A stretch of DNA of 64,000 bases from an uncultured Actinomycetes bacterium (GCA_903920435.1 CAIXMB010000038.1:13563-77562); one strand, 5' to 3'. Positions 1 through 13,290 are shown, numbered from the stretch's first letter. The notes: generated by a model from the sequence alone, not told the origin. Made by a program: numbers and translations.

Positions 1-284
1 TCAACGAGCGCACCGTCATCATGCGCCACGCCTTCCGCAATGCCCTCATCCCGATCGCGACCATCGTCGCGTTCGACCTGGGCGGCCTCATCGGCGGCGC
101 CGTCATCACCGAGACGGTGTTCGCCTGGCGGGGTATGGGAACGATGTTCGTGCAGGCACTCAGGGTCGTCGACCTCAACTCGATCATGGGCGTCTTCCTC
201 GTGACGAGCCTCTTCGCGCTGCTGTTCAACCTGTTGGCAGACATCGCGTACTCCGTCCTCGATCCGCGAATCCGGGTGAACTGA
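1..284 (+). CDS. Peptide/nickel ABC transporter permease (DppB/OppB type), 5'-truncated by window
   Basis: C-terminal BPD_transp_1 segment RHAFRNALIP...GGAVITETVFAWRGMG...ADIAYSVLDPRIR. Confidence 0.9.
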   Translation, partial: NERTVIMRHAFRNALIPIATIVAFDLGGLIGGAVITETVFAWRGMGTMFVQALRVVDLNSIMGVFLVTSLFALLFNLLADIAYSVLDPRIRVN

Positions 285-285
285 T

Positions 286-1374
286 ATGACGAATCCACTT
301 GCATCGATTCCGCCCGAGGGTTCGGGCGAGATCATCACGATCGAGCAGCAGGACGTCGCGGGGCTCAGCCAGGGCGCGATCGTGCGCCGCCGGTTCGTGC
401 GGCACGTCGGCGCCATGGTGTCGCTCGCGGTGCTCATCCTCCTCGTGATCGTCGCGTTCACCTCGGTCGGGTTCAACATCTTCGGCCTGAAGATCCCCGG
501 CTGGTGGCCGTACGACTACACGAACTACTTCCCGATCGAGCGCAAGGGCGGTGCCCCCACGTGGGACCTGCCGTTCAACTTCGGCAACCACCCGCTCGGG
601 CAGGACGACATCGGCCATGACGTGTTCGCGCAGGTCATGCGCGGCACGCAGCAGTCGATCATCATCATGGTCGTGTACGGGTTCGTCGCGGGCGTCATCG
701 GCGTCGTCGTCGGAGCCATCGCGGGCTTCTTCCGCGGTCGCGCGGACACCCTGCTCATGCGCCTCACCGACGTGATCATCATCGTCCCCGTGGTGCTCCT
801 CGGCGCCGTGATCGGCCGCACCTTCGGAAGCCTCGGCGTGTTCGTCCTCGCCCTGACCCTCGGTGCGTTCGGCTGGGCGGTGCTCGCGCGCCTCGTGCGC
901 GGTGAGTTCCTGAGCCTGCGCGAGCGCGAGTTCGTCGACGCCGCCCGGGTCGCCGGCGCCTCGAACATGCGGATCATCTTCCGCCACATCCTGCCGAACA
1001 CCGCGGGCGTGCTCATCGTGAACATCTCGCTGACGATGAGCGGGGCGATCCTGCTCGAGGCGGCACTCAGCTACCTCGGCTTCGGCATCAACCCGCCGGA
1101 TGTCTCGCTCGGCCAGATCCTCAGCCACTACCAGTCGGCCTTCGCGACACGACCGTGGCTGTTCTGGTGGCCCGGCCTCCTGCTCATCATCATCGTGCTC
1201 GCCATCAACTTCATCGGTGACGGCCTGCGCGACGCCTTCGACCCGCGCCAGCGCCGGATGCCCGCCAAGCCGGGCCCCTACCGCGAGCTGGCGCAGATCC
1301 TCGGCTCGCCGTTCCGCCGCCGCGGCGGCGGCGACACGGTAGCTGCTGACGCTCCCGACAAGGTGCGCGACTGA
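286..1374 (+). CDS. Peptide ABC transporter permease (DppC/OppC type)
   Basis: HPLGQDDIGHDVF, EAA-like REFVDAARVAGAS, RHILPN, GDGLRDAFDPR. Confidence 0.92.
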   Translation: MTNPLASIPPEGSGEIITIEQQDVAGLSQGAIVRRRFVRHVGAMVSLAVLILLVIVAFTSVGFNIFGLKIPGWWPYDYTNYFPIERKGGAPTWDLPFNFGNHPLGQDDIGHDVFAQVMRGTQQSIIIMVVYGFVAGVIGVVVGAIAGFFRGRADTLLMRLTDVIIIVPVVLLGAVIGRTFGSLGVFVLALTLGAFGWAVLARLVRGEFLSLREREFVDAARVAGASNMRIIFRHILPNTAGVLIVNISLTMSGAILLEAALSYLGFGINPPDVSLGQILSHYQSAFATRPWLFWWPGLLLIIIVLAINFIGDGLRDAFDPRQRRMPAKPGPYRELAQILGSPFRRRGGGDTVAADAPDKVRD

Positions 1375-1393
1375 TGCGCGCGGTCGTGCTGCG

Positions 1394-1969
1394 TTACGTG
1401 AGCGAGAACGCCACGGCGGCACCCGCCGCCACAGCCAGCACCGCAATCACGGGCACATTCCAGCGCCGGATGACCGTGCCGGTCGCCCCGGCCGACCGCT
1501 TCGGCAGCTCGCGCCTGATGTACGTCGCCGCTTCGCCGTCACCGCGCTCCCGTCCCTCGCGCATCAGCGCGTCGGAGGCCCGGCTCGACGACGTCTCCTT
1601 GGCGCGGCGCAGCAGCATGGCGCTCGTTCGCCGCGACGGCGCGGGAGCCGCCCACGCGGCCACCGAGCCGCTCGGGGTGAGCAGCAGCTTGAGCCCGAAG
1701 CGGGTCTCGATGCCGTCGACCGCGTTCCACGGCACCACGACCGTGCGGAACGGGTTGCGCACGGTGATCTCGTCGCCCACGATGACGGCGGGCCACCAGA
1801 ACAGTGCAGCGGTGGCGAGCGCGAGCGTGACGAAGGCCGGGCCGAACCTGCGCAGCGACTCGAGGTCGCCCGCGATCGCCAGACCGGCCAGACTCACCAC
1901 GACCACGACTCCCACGAGCACCGTCACTGCTGTTCCCGTCCACGGGCGGAACACGATGGGCGAGCTCAT
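1394..1969 (-). CDS. Membrane protein with bacterial PH-like domain
   Basis: Two TM helices then WPAVIVGDEITVRNPFRTVVVPWNAV and a C-terminal TM; start moved to ATG 1969 (GACGAT 6 nt upstream). Confidence 0.7.
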   Translation of the reverse strand: MSSPIVFRPWTGTAVTVLVGVVVVVSLAGLAIAGDLESLRRFGPAFVTLALATAALFWWPAVIVGDEITVRNPFRTVVVPWNAVDGIETRFGLKLLLTPSGSVAAWAAPAPSRRTSAMLLRRAKETSSSRASDALMREGRERGDGEAATYIRRELPKRSAGATGTVIRRWNVPVIAVLAVAAGAAVAFSLT

Positions 1970-2017
1970 GAATCCATCGTCCCACAGGCACTCCGACGCC
2001 ACGATTGGCGGTATCCG

Positions 2018-3766
<1,749 letters not shown>

Positions 3767-3792
3767 CGGGGGTTCTCGCTAGGGTGGGGCGA

Positions 3793-5598
3793 GTGAGACA
3801 CGTGAGGTTTGCCGCCGTTGCCGCCGTCGCTGCGGCGGCCCTGATGCTGTCCGGGTGCGTCAGCTACCAGTCGGAAGTCGTCAAGGGCTCCACGGTGTCC
3901 GTCGGGTGGGACCAGTCGTTCTTCTCCTACAACGCCGCGACGGGCTACGGCGCGAACACGGCTAACAGCAACATCGTCTACGCCACGAACTCGGGGTTCA
4001 ACTACTACAACAACGTGCCCGAGCTCGTGAAAGACGAGTCGTTCGGCACCTACACGAAGCTCTCCGACGACCCGCTCATCGTGCAGTACACGATCGCCGA
4101 CGGGGTCACCTGGTCCGACGGCGCGCCCGTCGACGCCGCAGATCTGCTGCTCAACTGGGCGGCACTCTCGGGCGCTCTCAACGATCCCGACTTCGACAAG
4201 TCCCGGTACGTCGACCCCGACACGGGTCAGTTCACGAGCGACTACCCGAGCGATGTCGTCTACTTCGACTCGGGGGCGGATGCCGCCCATCCCCGCGGCC
4301 TGGGCCTGGTGAGCCAGCTGCCCGTCATCAGTGACGACCTCAAGTCGATCACCATGCGCTACGACGAGCCCTTCGCCGACTGGGAGCTCGCCTTCACCTC
4401 GGCGGGCCTTCCGGCGCACGTGATCGGCAAGAACGCGCTCGGCCTGAAAGACGACCAGCAGGCCAAGGACGCCGTCATCGCCGCGATCAAGACCGGCGAC
4501 ACGGCCGCGCTCGCGAAGGTCTCCGCGTTCTGGAACACCGGGTTCAACCTCGACGGCATGCCGAGCGACCCGGGCCTGCTCGTGGGCGACGGGCCGTACG
4601 TGGTGAGCGACTTCGTCGCGGGGGAGTACGTCACCCTCACCGCCAACCCCGCCTACGTCGGCGCACGGATGCCCAGCATCGAGACGATCGTCGTGCGGGT
4701 CATCCCCGATCCGCTCGCGGCGGTGCAGGCGCTGTACAACGGGTCGGTGCAGGTCATCACGCCGCAGGCGACGGAGGACGTGGCCACGGCGCTCAGGGCA
4801 ACGGACAAGACCGTCGTGAGTACCGCGAGCGGTTCGTACGAGCACCTCAACCTGCAGTTCGACGAGTCCAAGAACGGCGTGTTCTCCGACCAGCGCGTGC
4901 GCGAGGCGTTCCTCAAGACCGTGCCCCGCGCCGACATCGTGTCTGACCTCGTCGAGGCGCTGCAGGAGGACGCGACCGTGCGCGACTCCCAGGTCTTCAT
5001 GCCCGGCTCCGACGACTACGACGCGTCGGTGGCCGACAACGGTTCGGCCGACTACGCCGAGGTCGACATCGAGGGCGCGAAGGCGCTGCTGGCCGAGGCC
5101 GGGGTCGTGAACCCGCAGGTGTGCATCCTGTACGCGCCGACCAACCAGCGCCGGGTGAGCGAGTTCATGCTCATCCAGAAGTCCGCGGCGCTCGCGGGCT
5201 TCACGGTCACCGATTGCTCGTCGGCCGACTGGCGGGAGCAGCTGGGCGCGCCGGGTGCGTACGACGCCGCGCTGTACGGCTGGCTGCCCACGAATGTCGG
5301 GGTGAGCGCGACGATCGAGGCGTTCTCGTCCACGGGCCGCAACAATCTGAACCACTACTCGAACGAGAAGGTCGACGCCCTGCTCGCGCAGCTGGGCACG
5401 ACGTTCGACGCCACGAAGCGGGCCAACATCGAGAAGCAGGTCGATGCCCTGCTCTGGGCGGATGCCTACGGACTGCCGTTGTTCCAGTACCCGAGCCTGT
5501 TCGCCTACGACCAGGACCGCATCGCCGGCGTCTCCACATCCGTGCTCGCGCCCACGATCTTCTGGAATGTCTGGGACTGGAAAACCGTTACAGAGTAG
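3793..5598 (+). CDS. ABC family-5 substrate-binding lipoprotein
   Basis: Lipobox LSGC; YTIADGVTWSDGAPVDAAD; DQRVREAF; likely GTG start 3793 (TAGGGT 7 nt upstream). Confidence 0.88.
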   Translation: MRHVRFAAVAAVAAAALMLSGCVSYQSEVVKGSTVSVGWDQSFFSYNAATGYGANTANSNIVYATNSGFNYYNNVPELVKDESFGTYTKLSDDPLIVQYTIADGVTWSDGAPVDAADLLLNWAALSGALNDPDFDKSRYVDPDTGQFTSDYPSDVVYFDSGADAAHPRGLGLVSQLPVISDDLKSITMRYDEPFADWELAFTSAGLPAHVIGKNALGLKDDQQAKDAVIAAIKTGDTAALAKVSAFWNTGFNLDGMPSDPGLLVGDGPYVVSDFVAGEYVTLTANPAYVGARMPSIETIVVRVIPDPLAAVQALYNGSVQVITPQATEDVATALRATDKTVVSTASGSYEHLNLQFDESKNGVFSDQRVREAFLKTVPRADIVSDLVEALQEDATVRDSQVFMPGSDDYDASVADNGSADYAEVDIEGAKALLAEAGVVNPQVCILYAPTNQRRVSEFMLIQKSAALAGFTVTDCSSADWREQLGAPGAYDAALYGWLPTNVGVSATIEAFSSTGRNNLNHYSNEKVDALLAQLGTTFDATKRANIEKQVDALLWADAYGLPLFQYPSLFAYDQDRIAGVSTSVLAPTIFWNVWDWKTVTE

Positions 5599-5722
5599 GC
5601 GCTCTCGCGCTAGGCAGTAGACTGAAGGTGCAGGTCACCAGAGACGCGACCCTGCGCCGAGACTTTCTCTCCCAGCGCCGCTTCCGATGCGCTCACTTCC
5701 CTTCAGTAAAAGGAAATCCTCC

Positions 5723-7630
<1,908 letters not shown>

Positions 7631-7649
7631 AGCTGGTAGATCAAAACCC

Positions 7650-7679
7650 GTATAGCCCCGCACTCGTGCGGGGCTATAC
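7650..7679 (+). terminator. Hairpin downstream of typA (probable terminator/stabiliser)
   Basis: GTATAGCCCCGCAC-TC-GTGCGGGGCTATAC perfect inverted repeat 20 nt after stop; no U-tract; right arm overlaps the -10 (TACCCT) of the next gene. Confidence 0.65.
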
Positions 7680-7688
7680 CCTTGCCCG

Positions 7689-8156
7689 GTGAATCACATT
7701 CAGAAGAACGCCGTGCTGGGCATCGCCGCACTGCTCCTTCTTGCCGGATGCTCCGCACCCGCGCCGGGCGGCGGCTCGGGCAGCGGCGACTCGGGCAGCA
7801 GCAACTCCGGCAGCAGCAACTCCGACTCCGGGTCTGCCGATGACGGACTCGACGGGTTCGAGGGAGTGCCGGCGAACTTCCCCGACGACGTGCCCATCAT
7901 CAGCGGCGACGTCCCGGCCGGGATCGACCTCGGCACCGGCTGGTCGGTGGTCGTGCAGGTCGACGACCTCGACGCGGCGTTCGCCGAGGCATCCGGAAAA
8001 CTGACCACGGCAGGGTTCGAGGAGCTCCAGTCGAGCAGCTCGGACGAAGGGTCGTTCGGCGTGTTCCAGAACGACAAGTACCAGGTGCAGGTGACGGCGA
8101 CGGACACGGCGGACTACGGTCTCGCGGTGGCGTACGTCGTCGTTCTGCGCGGCTAG
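7689..8156 (+). CDS. Lipoprotein of unknown function with Gly/Ser linker
   Basis: Lipobox LAGC, GS-rich linker, PANFPDDVP motif; GTG with TACCCT 6 nt upstream. Confidence 0.8.
   Translation: MNHIQKNAVLGIAALLLLAGCSAPAPGGGSGSGDSGSSNSGSSNSDSGSADDGLDGFEGVPANFPDDVPIISGDVPAGIDLGTGWSVVVQVDDLDAAFAEASGKLTTAGFEELQSSSSDEGSFGVFQNDKYQVQVTATDTADYGLAVAYVVVLRG
7794..7823 (+). repeat. 15-bp perfect tandem repeat encoding GSSNS x2
   Basis: GGCAGCAGCAACTCC x2. Confidence 0.9.
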
Positions 8157-8173
8157 GCAAACAGGAGGCAATC

Positions 8174-8626
8174 ATGAACGCAAGGCGCATCACAGTCCCG
8201 CTGGCCATCGTGCTCGCACTCGCCATCACCCCGACGCTCTCCGGGTGCTTCGGCAACCCGATCGAGCAGATCGTCGAGGGTGCAACGGGCGGCGACGTGA
8301 GCCTGCCGGGCTCGAGCGTCCCCGACGACTTCCCGACCGACGTGCCGCTCTACGACGGCGAGGTCACCTTCGGGCTCGGCGTGGGCAACACCGACGGCAA
8401 GGCGTGGAACGTCACGATCCGGGTTCCCGGCATCGACGCGGCCGACGAGATCAAGTCGCAGCTCGAGGGCGCGGGCTTCGCCGCGAACGAGGCGGGCATC
8501 GGCGGCACCACCGAGGACGGCGCCACGCTGATCTACAGCAGCGACAAGTACTCGGTGCTCGTGGTCGTCACCAAGGACTCCGACGGCTTCGTCGCGAACT
8601 ACACGGTCAGCGAAGTCACTCAGTAG
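8174..8626 (+). CDS. Lipoprotein of unknown function, paralog of 7689..8156
   Basis: Lipobox LSGC, PDDFPTDVP motif; SD AGGAGG. Confidence 0.82.
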   Translation: MNARRITVPLAIVLALAITPTLSGCFGNPIEQIVEGATGGDVSLPGSSVPDDFPTDVPLYDGEVTFGLGVGNTDGKAWNVTIRVPGIDAADEIKSQLEGAGFAANEAGIGGTTEDGATLIYSSDKYSVLVVVTKDSDGFVANYTVSEVTQ

Positions 8627-8641
8627 CGGGCGGGCGCCGGG

Positions 8642-9919
8642 CTAGGCGAACAGCCCGGCGCCGACGTACGACCCCTGCGCGGCGCCCGGCGGCACAGCGA
8701 AGATCGCCGAACCGACGTGCTTGATGTACTCGTTGAGGGCGTCGCGCGCGAGGTTCTTCTGCACGGCGATGAACTGCTCGGGCGAGCGCTGGAACGAGAT
8801 GAAGAACAGCCCGGCGTCGAGGCGACCCAACTCGTCGTTGCCGTCGACGTAGTTGTAGCCGCGGCGCAGCAACTGGGCGCCGCCGTTGTTCGTCGGGTGG
8901 GCGAGGCGCATGTGGGCGTCCGCGGCGATGAGCTCCTGGCCCGCGGCGCCGGTGGCGGCGAAGTCGGGCGCGGCGAACTCCTTGCCGCCGGAGAGCGGCG
9001 CGCCCTCGCCCTTGCTGCGGCCGATGACGTTCTCCTGCTCCTGCAGCTGGGTGCGGTCCCACGCCTCGATGATCATGCGGATCTTGCGGGTGACGAGGTA
9101 GCTCCCGCCCGCGAGCCAGTCGGGCCCGTCGCCGGATGCCACCCACACCTGCTCCTCGACCGTGGAGGCCTCCTCCGCCTTCACATTGGCCGTGCCGTCC
9201 TTGAACCCGAACAGGTTGCGCGGCGTCACCTGCGAGGTCGACGTGGACGAGGTGCGCCCGAACCCGAGCTGCGACCAGCGGATCGAGGCCCGACCGAACG
9301 CGATGCGGCTGAGGTTGCGGATGGCGTGCACGGCGACCTGGGGGTCGTCGGCGCACGCCTGGATGCACAGGTCGCCACCGCCGGACTCCGGGCGCAGGGC
9401 ATCCCCGCTGAAGCGCGGGAGCCTGGTCAGCAGCGGTGGTCGGCGATCGGCGATGCCGAAGCGGTCGGCACCGGCATCCGTGCTGAAGAGGCTCGGGCCG
9501 AAGCCGAACGTGATCGTGAGTCCGCTCGCGGGCAGGCCGAGCGCCTCGCCCGTGTCGTCCGGGGGAGCGAGCGGCGAGCCGTCCACGGCGCCGCCCTCGG
9601 TGACCTCGAGGCCCTGGGTGAGGCGCGAGGCCGCGAACGTCCAGTCCTTGAGCAGCTCGATGAGGTCGTCGCGCGTGGCCGTCGACGAGAGGTCGAAGGC
9701 CGCGAAGTGCAGGCGATCCTGGGCGGGCGTCGTGATGCCCGCCTGGTGCGCGCCGAAGAACGGGTAGGTGACGTTCGTGCCGATGCCGTTGGCGGTGGTG
9801 AGGCCGATTGCGGCGACGGCGCCCCCACCCAGGGCGATGCCGGCGGCACCGGCCCCGACGAGTCCGAGGAGGCCGCGCCGCGACAAGCCGGTGGGCGGGG
9901 TCGCCTCAGGGTCGGTCAT
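8642..9919 (-). CDS. efeB: Dyp-type peroxidase / deferrochelatase EfeB
   Basis: Tat signal SRRGLLG; HQAGITTPAQ, FGFKDGTAN, AHMRLAH, LLRRGYNY. Confidence 0.95.
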   Translation of the reverse strand: MTDPEATPPTGLSRRGLLGLVGAGAAGIALGGGAVAAIGLTTANGIGTNVTYPFFGAHQAGITTPAQDRLHFAAFDLSSTATRDDLIELLKDWTFAASRLTQGLEVTEGGAVDGSPLAPPDDTGEALGLPASGLTITFGFGPSLFSTDAGADRFGIADRRPPLLTRLPRFSGDALRPESGGGDLCIQACADDPQVAVHAIRNLSRIAFGRASIRWSQLGFGRTSSTSTSQVTPRNLFGFKDGTANVKAEEASTVEEQVWVASGDGPDWLAGGSYLVTRKIRMIIEAWDRTQLQEQENVIGRSKGEGAPLSGGKEFAAPDFAATGAAGQELIAADAHMRLAHPTNNGGAQLLRRGYNYVDGNDELGRLDAGLFFISFQRSPEQFIAVQKNLARDALNEYIKHVGSAIFAVPPGAAQGSYVGAGLFA

Positions 9920-9929
9920 GGTGACGATG

Positions 9930-11159
9930 CTATTCAGACAGGCCGAGCACGGCGTGGGTGAGGTTCGACAGCGGCTCGGCGAGGGCGTTTACCTGGTCGG
10001 AGAGCTCCTTGCGCTGCGCCTCGGTCACGGTGCTGTAGTCGACGAAGCCGGTCTCGAGGGAGCCGTACTTCGCGAGCACTGCCTTGAGTGCGGCGAACTC
10101 CGTCTCGATGTCGGCGACGAGCGCGGCACCCTCGGCGCCCTTGGCCGTCGCGATGTCCTTGACATTGCCGAAGGCCACCTCGGCGCCCTGTACGTTCGCG
10201 TAGAAGTCGTAGAGGTCGGTGTGCGACCACCAGTCCTCCTCGCCCGAGATCTTGCCCACGGCGACCTCGTCGAGCAGCCCGATGGCACCGTTCGAGATGT
10301 CGGCGAGCGAGACCGTGAAGTCCGGGGCGTTGACGAGGTCGGCGAGTTGCTGCACGTCGGCGACGAGGCCGTCGGCGTAGGCCTGCCGCTCCTCGGTGGT
10401 GGATGGCGCCCAGTCCAGGAAGGCGGACTCGCCGTCGGAGTTGAGCGCGCCATCCGCCGGCGGCCACAGGTCTTTCTCGATGCGGTGGAAGCCGGTCCAG
10501 TCCAGGCCCTCGGCGACGGCGTCGACCTCGCGGTAGTCGATCTTGGGGTCGAGGTCGCCGAACGCCTCGGCGGTGGGCTCGATGCGCTCGTAGGCGACGC
10601 GCGCCGTCGGGAAGAGCGAGCGGGCGGTCGCGTCGTCGCCGGCGGCATAGGCGTCGGCGAAGGCCTGCACCTGCGGCTGCAACTCGGCGACCTGCGCCGT
10701 GATGTACGACACGTAGTTCGTGACGGCCTGGTCGGAGAGCGCCTGCTCGTCGGCGGAGAGCGCGGACGCCTCGCCCGTCACGGTGAACTCGGCGAGGCCC
10801 GTGGGGGCGCCGATCTGCTGGAAGCGGCAGGCCGTGTAGTACGTGCCGGGACCGAGCTGCACGACGTACGACACGGTCTGGCCGGGCGTTACATTCTCCT
10901 TCTCGGCGACGATGCGCAGCTTGTCGTCGGCGAGCACCTCGAACTCGTTCACGTCGGTGCCGCTGTTCGTGATCGAGAACGTCACGCTGCCCGCGGTCGT
11001 CGTCGTCTCGGACACCACGCAGGTGTCGTCGGTGATCGTCACGGTGAGCGCCGCCGCGCCGGCGGGCGTGTTCGGCACGCAGCCGGTGAGCACGAGGGCG
11101 AGTGCCCCGGCTGCGGCGGCGCCGCTCACGAGTCGAGTGGCGAGCGGGTGGTTACGCAT
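9930..11159 (-). CDS. efeO: Iron uptake lipoprotein EfeO (cupredoxin + M75 domain)
   Basis: Lipobox LTGC, NEFE/ENVTPG cupredoxin part, YERIEP, GFHRIEKDLW, SHTDLYDF. Confidence 0.95.
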   Translation of the reverse strand: MRNHPLATRLVSGAAAAGALALVLTGCVPNTPAGAAALTVTITDDTCVVSETTTTAGSVTFSITNSGTDVNEFEVLADDKLRIVAEKENVTPGQTVSYVVQLGPGTYYTACRFQQIGAPTGLAEFTVTGEASALSADEQALSDQAVTNYVSYITAQVAELQPQVQAFADAYAAGDDATARSLFPTARVAYERIEPTAEAFGDLDPKIDYREVDAVAEGLDWTGFHRIEKDLWPPADGALNSDGESAFLDWAPSTTEERQAYADGLVADVQQLADLVNAPDFTVSLADISNGAIGLLDEVAVGKISGEEDWWSHTDLYDFYANVQGAEVAFGNVKDIATAKGAEGAALVADIETEFAALKAVLAKYGSLETGFVDYSTVTEAQRKELSDQVNALAEPLSNLTHAVLGLSE

Positions 11160-12006
11160 GGATGTCTCCTGGTTGTGTGCTGTGCGAGGGGGCGGCGGGG
11201 CGCGCCTTGGCGCTGGCCACCCGGAGGAAGAGGGGAGTCACGACGGCGAGGTACAGCGCCCACGCGATGAGGCGCGCCCACGTCGGCTCGGCGGTGTAGT
11301 TGAAGAGGCCGGCGAGAACCACGCCGTACCAGCTCGAGGGCGGGATGACCGTGGCAAGGCTGTAGGCGGCCTGCCCGTTGCCGGGGAGCACTCCCGCCTC
11401 CTGCAGGTCGCCGATGCCGTAGGAGAGCACTCCGGCCGCGACCACGATGAGGAACAGGCCGGTCCAGAGGAAGAAGCGCGAGAGGTTGATGCGCACCAGC
11501 CCGCGGTAGATGAGGTAGGCGATGACGATCGAGACGAGGATGCCCAGCACCGCGCCGATCGTGCCGAGCACGGCGTTGCCCGTCGACGAGACACTCGCCC
11601 AGATGAACAGCGCGGTCTCGACGCCCTCGCGCCCCACGCTCACGAACCCCACCACGACGATGCCCATGCCCGTGCCGGCGATCGCGGCGTCGAGCTTGGA
11701 CTGCAGCTCGCCCTTGAGTGCGCGCGAGTGCCTCGCCATCCAGAAGATCATCCACGTGACGAGCCCCACGGCGAGGATCGAGAGGGCACCGCCGAGGATC
11801 TCCTGCGCTTGGAAGCTCAGCCCGTAGGGGCCCCAGGTGAGGATCGCGCCCACCGCGAGCGAGATGCCGATGGCGATGCCGATGCCGATCCAGAGGCGGG
11901 GGAGCACGTCGCGCCTGCTTAGCTTGTTCAGGTAGGCGACGAGGATGCCGACGACGAGACCGGCTTCGAGGCCCTCACGCAGGCCGATCAGGAAGTTTGC
12001 GAGCAC
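11152..12006 (-). CDS. efeU: Iron permease EfeU (FTR1 family)
   Basis: REGLEAG and REGVET motifs; upstream of efeO/efeB. Confidence 0.95.
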   Translation of the reverse strand: MLANFLIGLREGLEAGLVVGILVAYLNKLSRRDVLPRLWIGIGIAIGISLAVGAILTWGPYGLSFQAQEILGGALSILAVGLVTWMIFWMARHSRALKGELQSKLDAAIAGTGMGIVVVGFVSVGREGVETALFIWASVSSTGNAVLGTIGAVLGILVSIVIAYLIYRGLVRINLSRFFLWTGLFLIVVAAGVLSYGIGDLQEAGVLPGNGQAAYSLATVIPPSSWYGVVLAGLFNYTAEPTWARLIAWALYLAVVTPLFLRVASAKARPAAPSHSTQPGDIHA

Positions 12007-12036
12007 GAGCGGCTTTCGGGGCGAATGACGGTGGAG

Positions 12037-12055
12037 ATTGGTAAGGCTTACCTAA
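12037..12055. promoter_or_regulatory. IdeR/DtxR-type iron box
   Basis: ATTGGTAAGGCTTACCTAA matches 17/19 of consensus TTAGGTWAGSCTWACCTAA, 31-49 nt upstream of efeU. Confidence 0.85.
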
Positions 12056-12117
12056 CTCACTCGACCCTACCGGGCGCCGCGTATCCTGTCTACTTGAGGC
12101 AGAAGGGGCCCGCTGAC

Positions 12118-13254
12118 ATGGAACGAGTGCTGTTCGTGCACGCTCATCCCGACGACGAGACGCTCGCCACCGGGGCGGCCATCGCGACCCTGGTGGCCTC
12201 CGGCGCGTACGTGGCGGTGCTCACCTGCACGCGCGGCGAGCTCGGCGAAGTGATCCCGGATGCCCTGCAGCACCTCTCGGGCGACGCCCTGGGCGAGTAC
12301 CGGCTCGGCGAGCTCAGTGCCGCCCTCGCCGCCCTCGGAGTCACCGACCACCGCGTGCTCGGCAACCCCGACGCCCGCTGGGAGGGCCGCGCGCCCCGCC
12401 GGTACCTCGACTCCGGAATGCGCTGGGGACCGTCCGGGGCGCAGGCGCTGCCCGATGCGGACCCGCTCTCGCTCTCCGCTGCCGAGGCCGGCGAGGTGGC
12501 TGCCGACATCGCCGCGGTGATCCTCGATGTCGACCCGGATGTGGTCGTGAGCTATGCGGCGGACGGGGGCTACGGGCATCCGGACCACGTTCGAGCGCAC
12601 GAGGCCACCCGCACCGCGGCCGAGGTGCTCGGAGTGCCGTTCTACGTCGTCGACAGTGACGGCGCCCGACGCGGGCCCGTGGTCGTCGAGCCCGGCGCCG
12701 TCGTCGACCGCAAGCGCGCGGCGCTCGAGGCGTACCGCACGCAGGTGACCGTCACGGGCGACGAGTACCGACTCTCGTCGGGGGAGCCGCGGCCCATCGC
12801 CGCCGTCGAGTCGTTCACGCGCGTGCGCCCGCCCGAGCCGGGGTTCGCCGAGTACGGCATGGCGGCCCGCATCGTGGCCTTCGCGATCGCGGGAGTGCTC
12901 GGGCTGTTCGCCGGCGCCCTGCTCACCGCGGCGCACCAGTCGACCGTCGCCGTCGCCGGTGTGCCCGTGCCCTGGGGCGTCATCGTGGGGCTCATCATCG
13001 TCGCGGCGCTGTTCCTCGGGCTGCGCATCGTGTTCGAGTCGCGAGCCGTCGCGCTCGCGGCGGCCGTCGGCTTCCTGGTCGCGGCATCCCTGCTCTCGCT
13101 CCAGAGCGCGGGCGGCTCGATCCTGGTGGCCGACAACCCCGCCGGGTACGTGTGGACGTTCGGTCCCGTGATCATCGGGGTGGTGATCCTGGCATGGCCG
13201 CGGTTCGCCAGTCCGAAACCCTCAGCGGCACGAAGCATCAGCGGCACGAAGTAA
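12118..13254 (+). CDS. PIG-L family (MshB-like) deacetylase fused to a C-terminal 4-TM membrane domain
   Basis: VHAHPDDE, TCTRGELGEV, YLDSGM, GGYGHPDHV; hydrophobic C-terminal ~130 aa in the same frame. Confidence 0.85.
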   Translation: MERVLFVHAHPDDETLATGAAIATLVASGAYVAVLTCTRGELGEVIPDALQHLSGDALGEYRLGELSAALAALGVTDHRVLGNPDARWEGRAPRRYLDSGMRWGPSGAQALPDADPLSLSAAEAGEVAADIAAVILDVDPDVVVSYAADGGYGHPDHVRAHEATRTAAEVLGVPFYVVDSDGARRGPVVVEPGAVVDRKRAALEAYRTQVTVTGDEYRLSSGEPRPIAAVESFTRVRPPEPGFAEYGMAARIVAFAIAGVLGLFAGALLTAAHQSTVAVAGVPVPWGVIVGLIIVAALFLGLRIVFESRAVALAAAVGFLVAASLLSLQSAGGSILVADNPAGYVWTFGPVIIGVVILAWPRFASPKPSAARSISGTK

Positions 13255-13290
13255 CATTGAGCTACCAGCCCGGAAAGGTCCCGATCCCAC

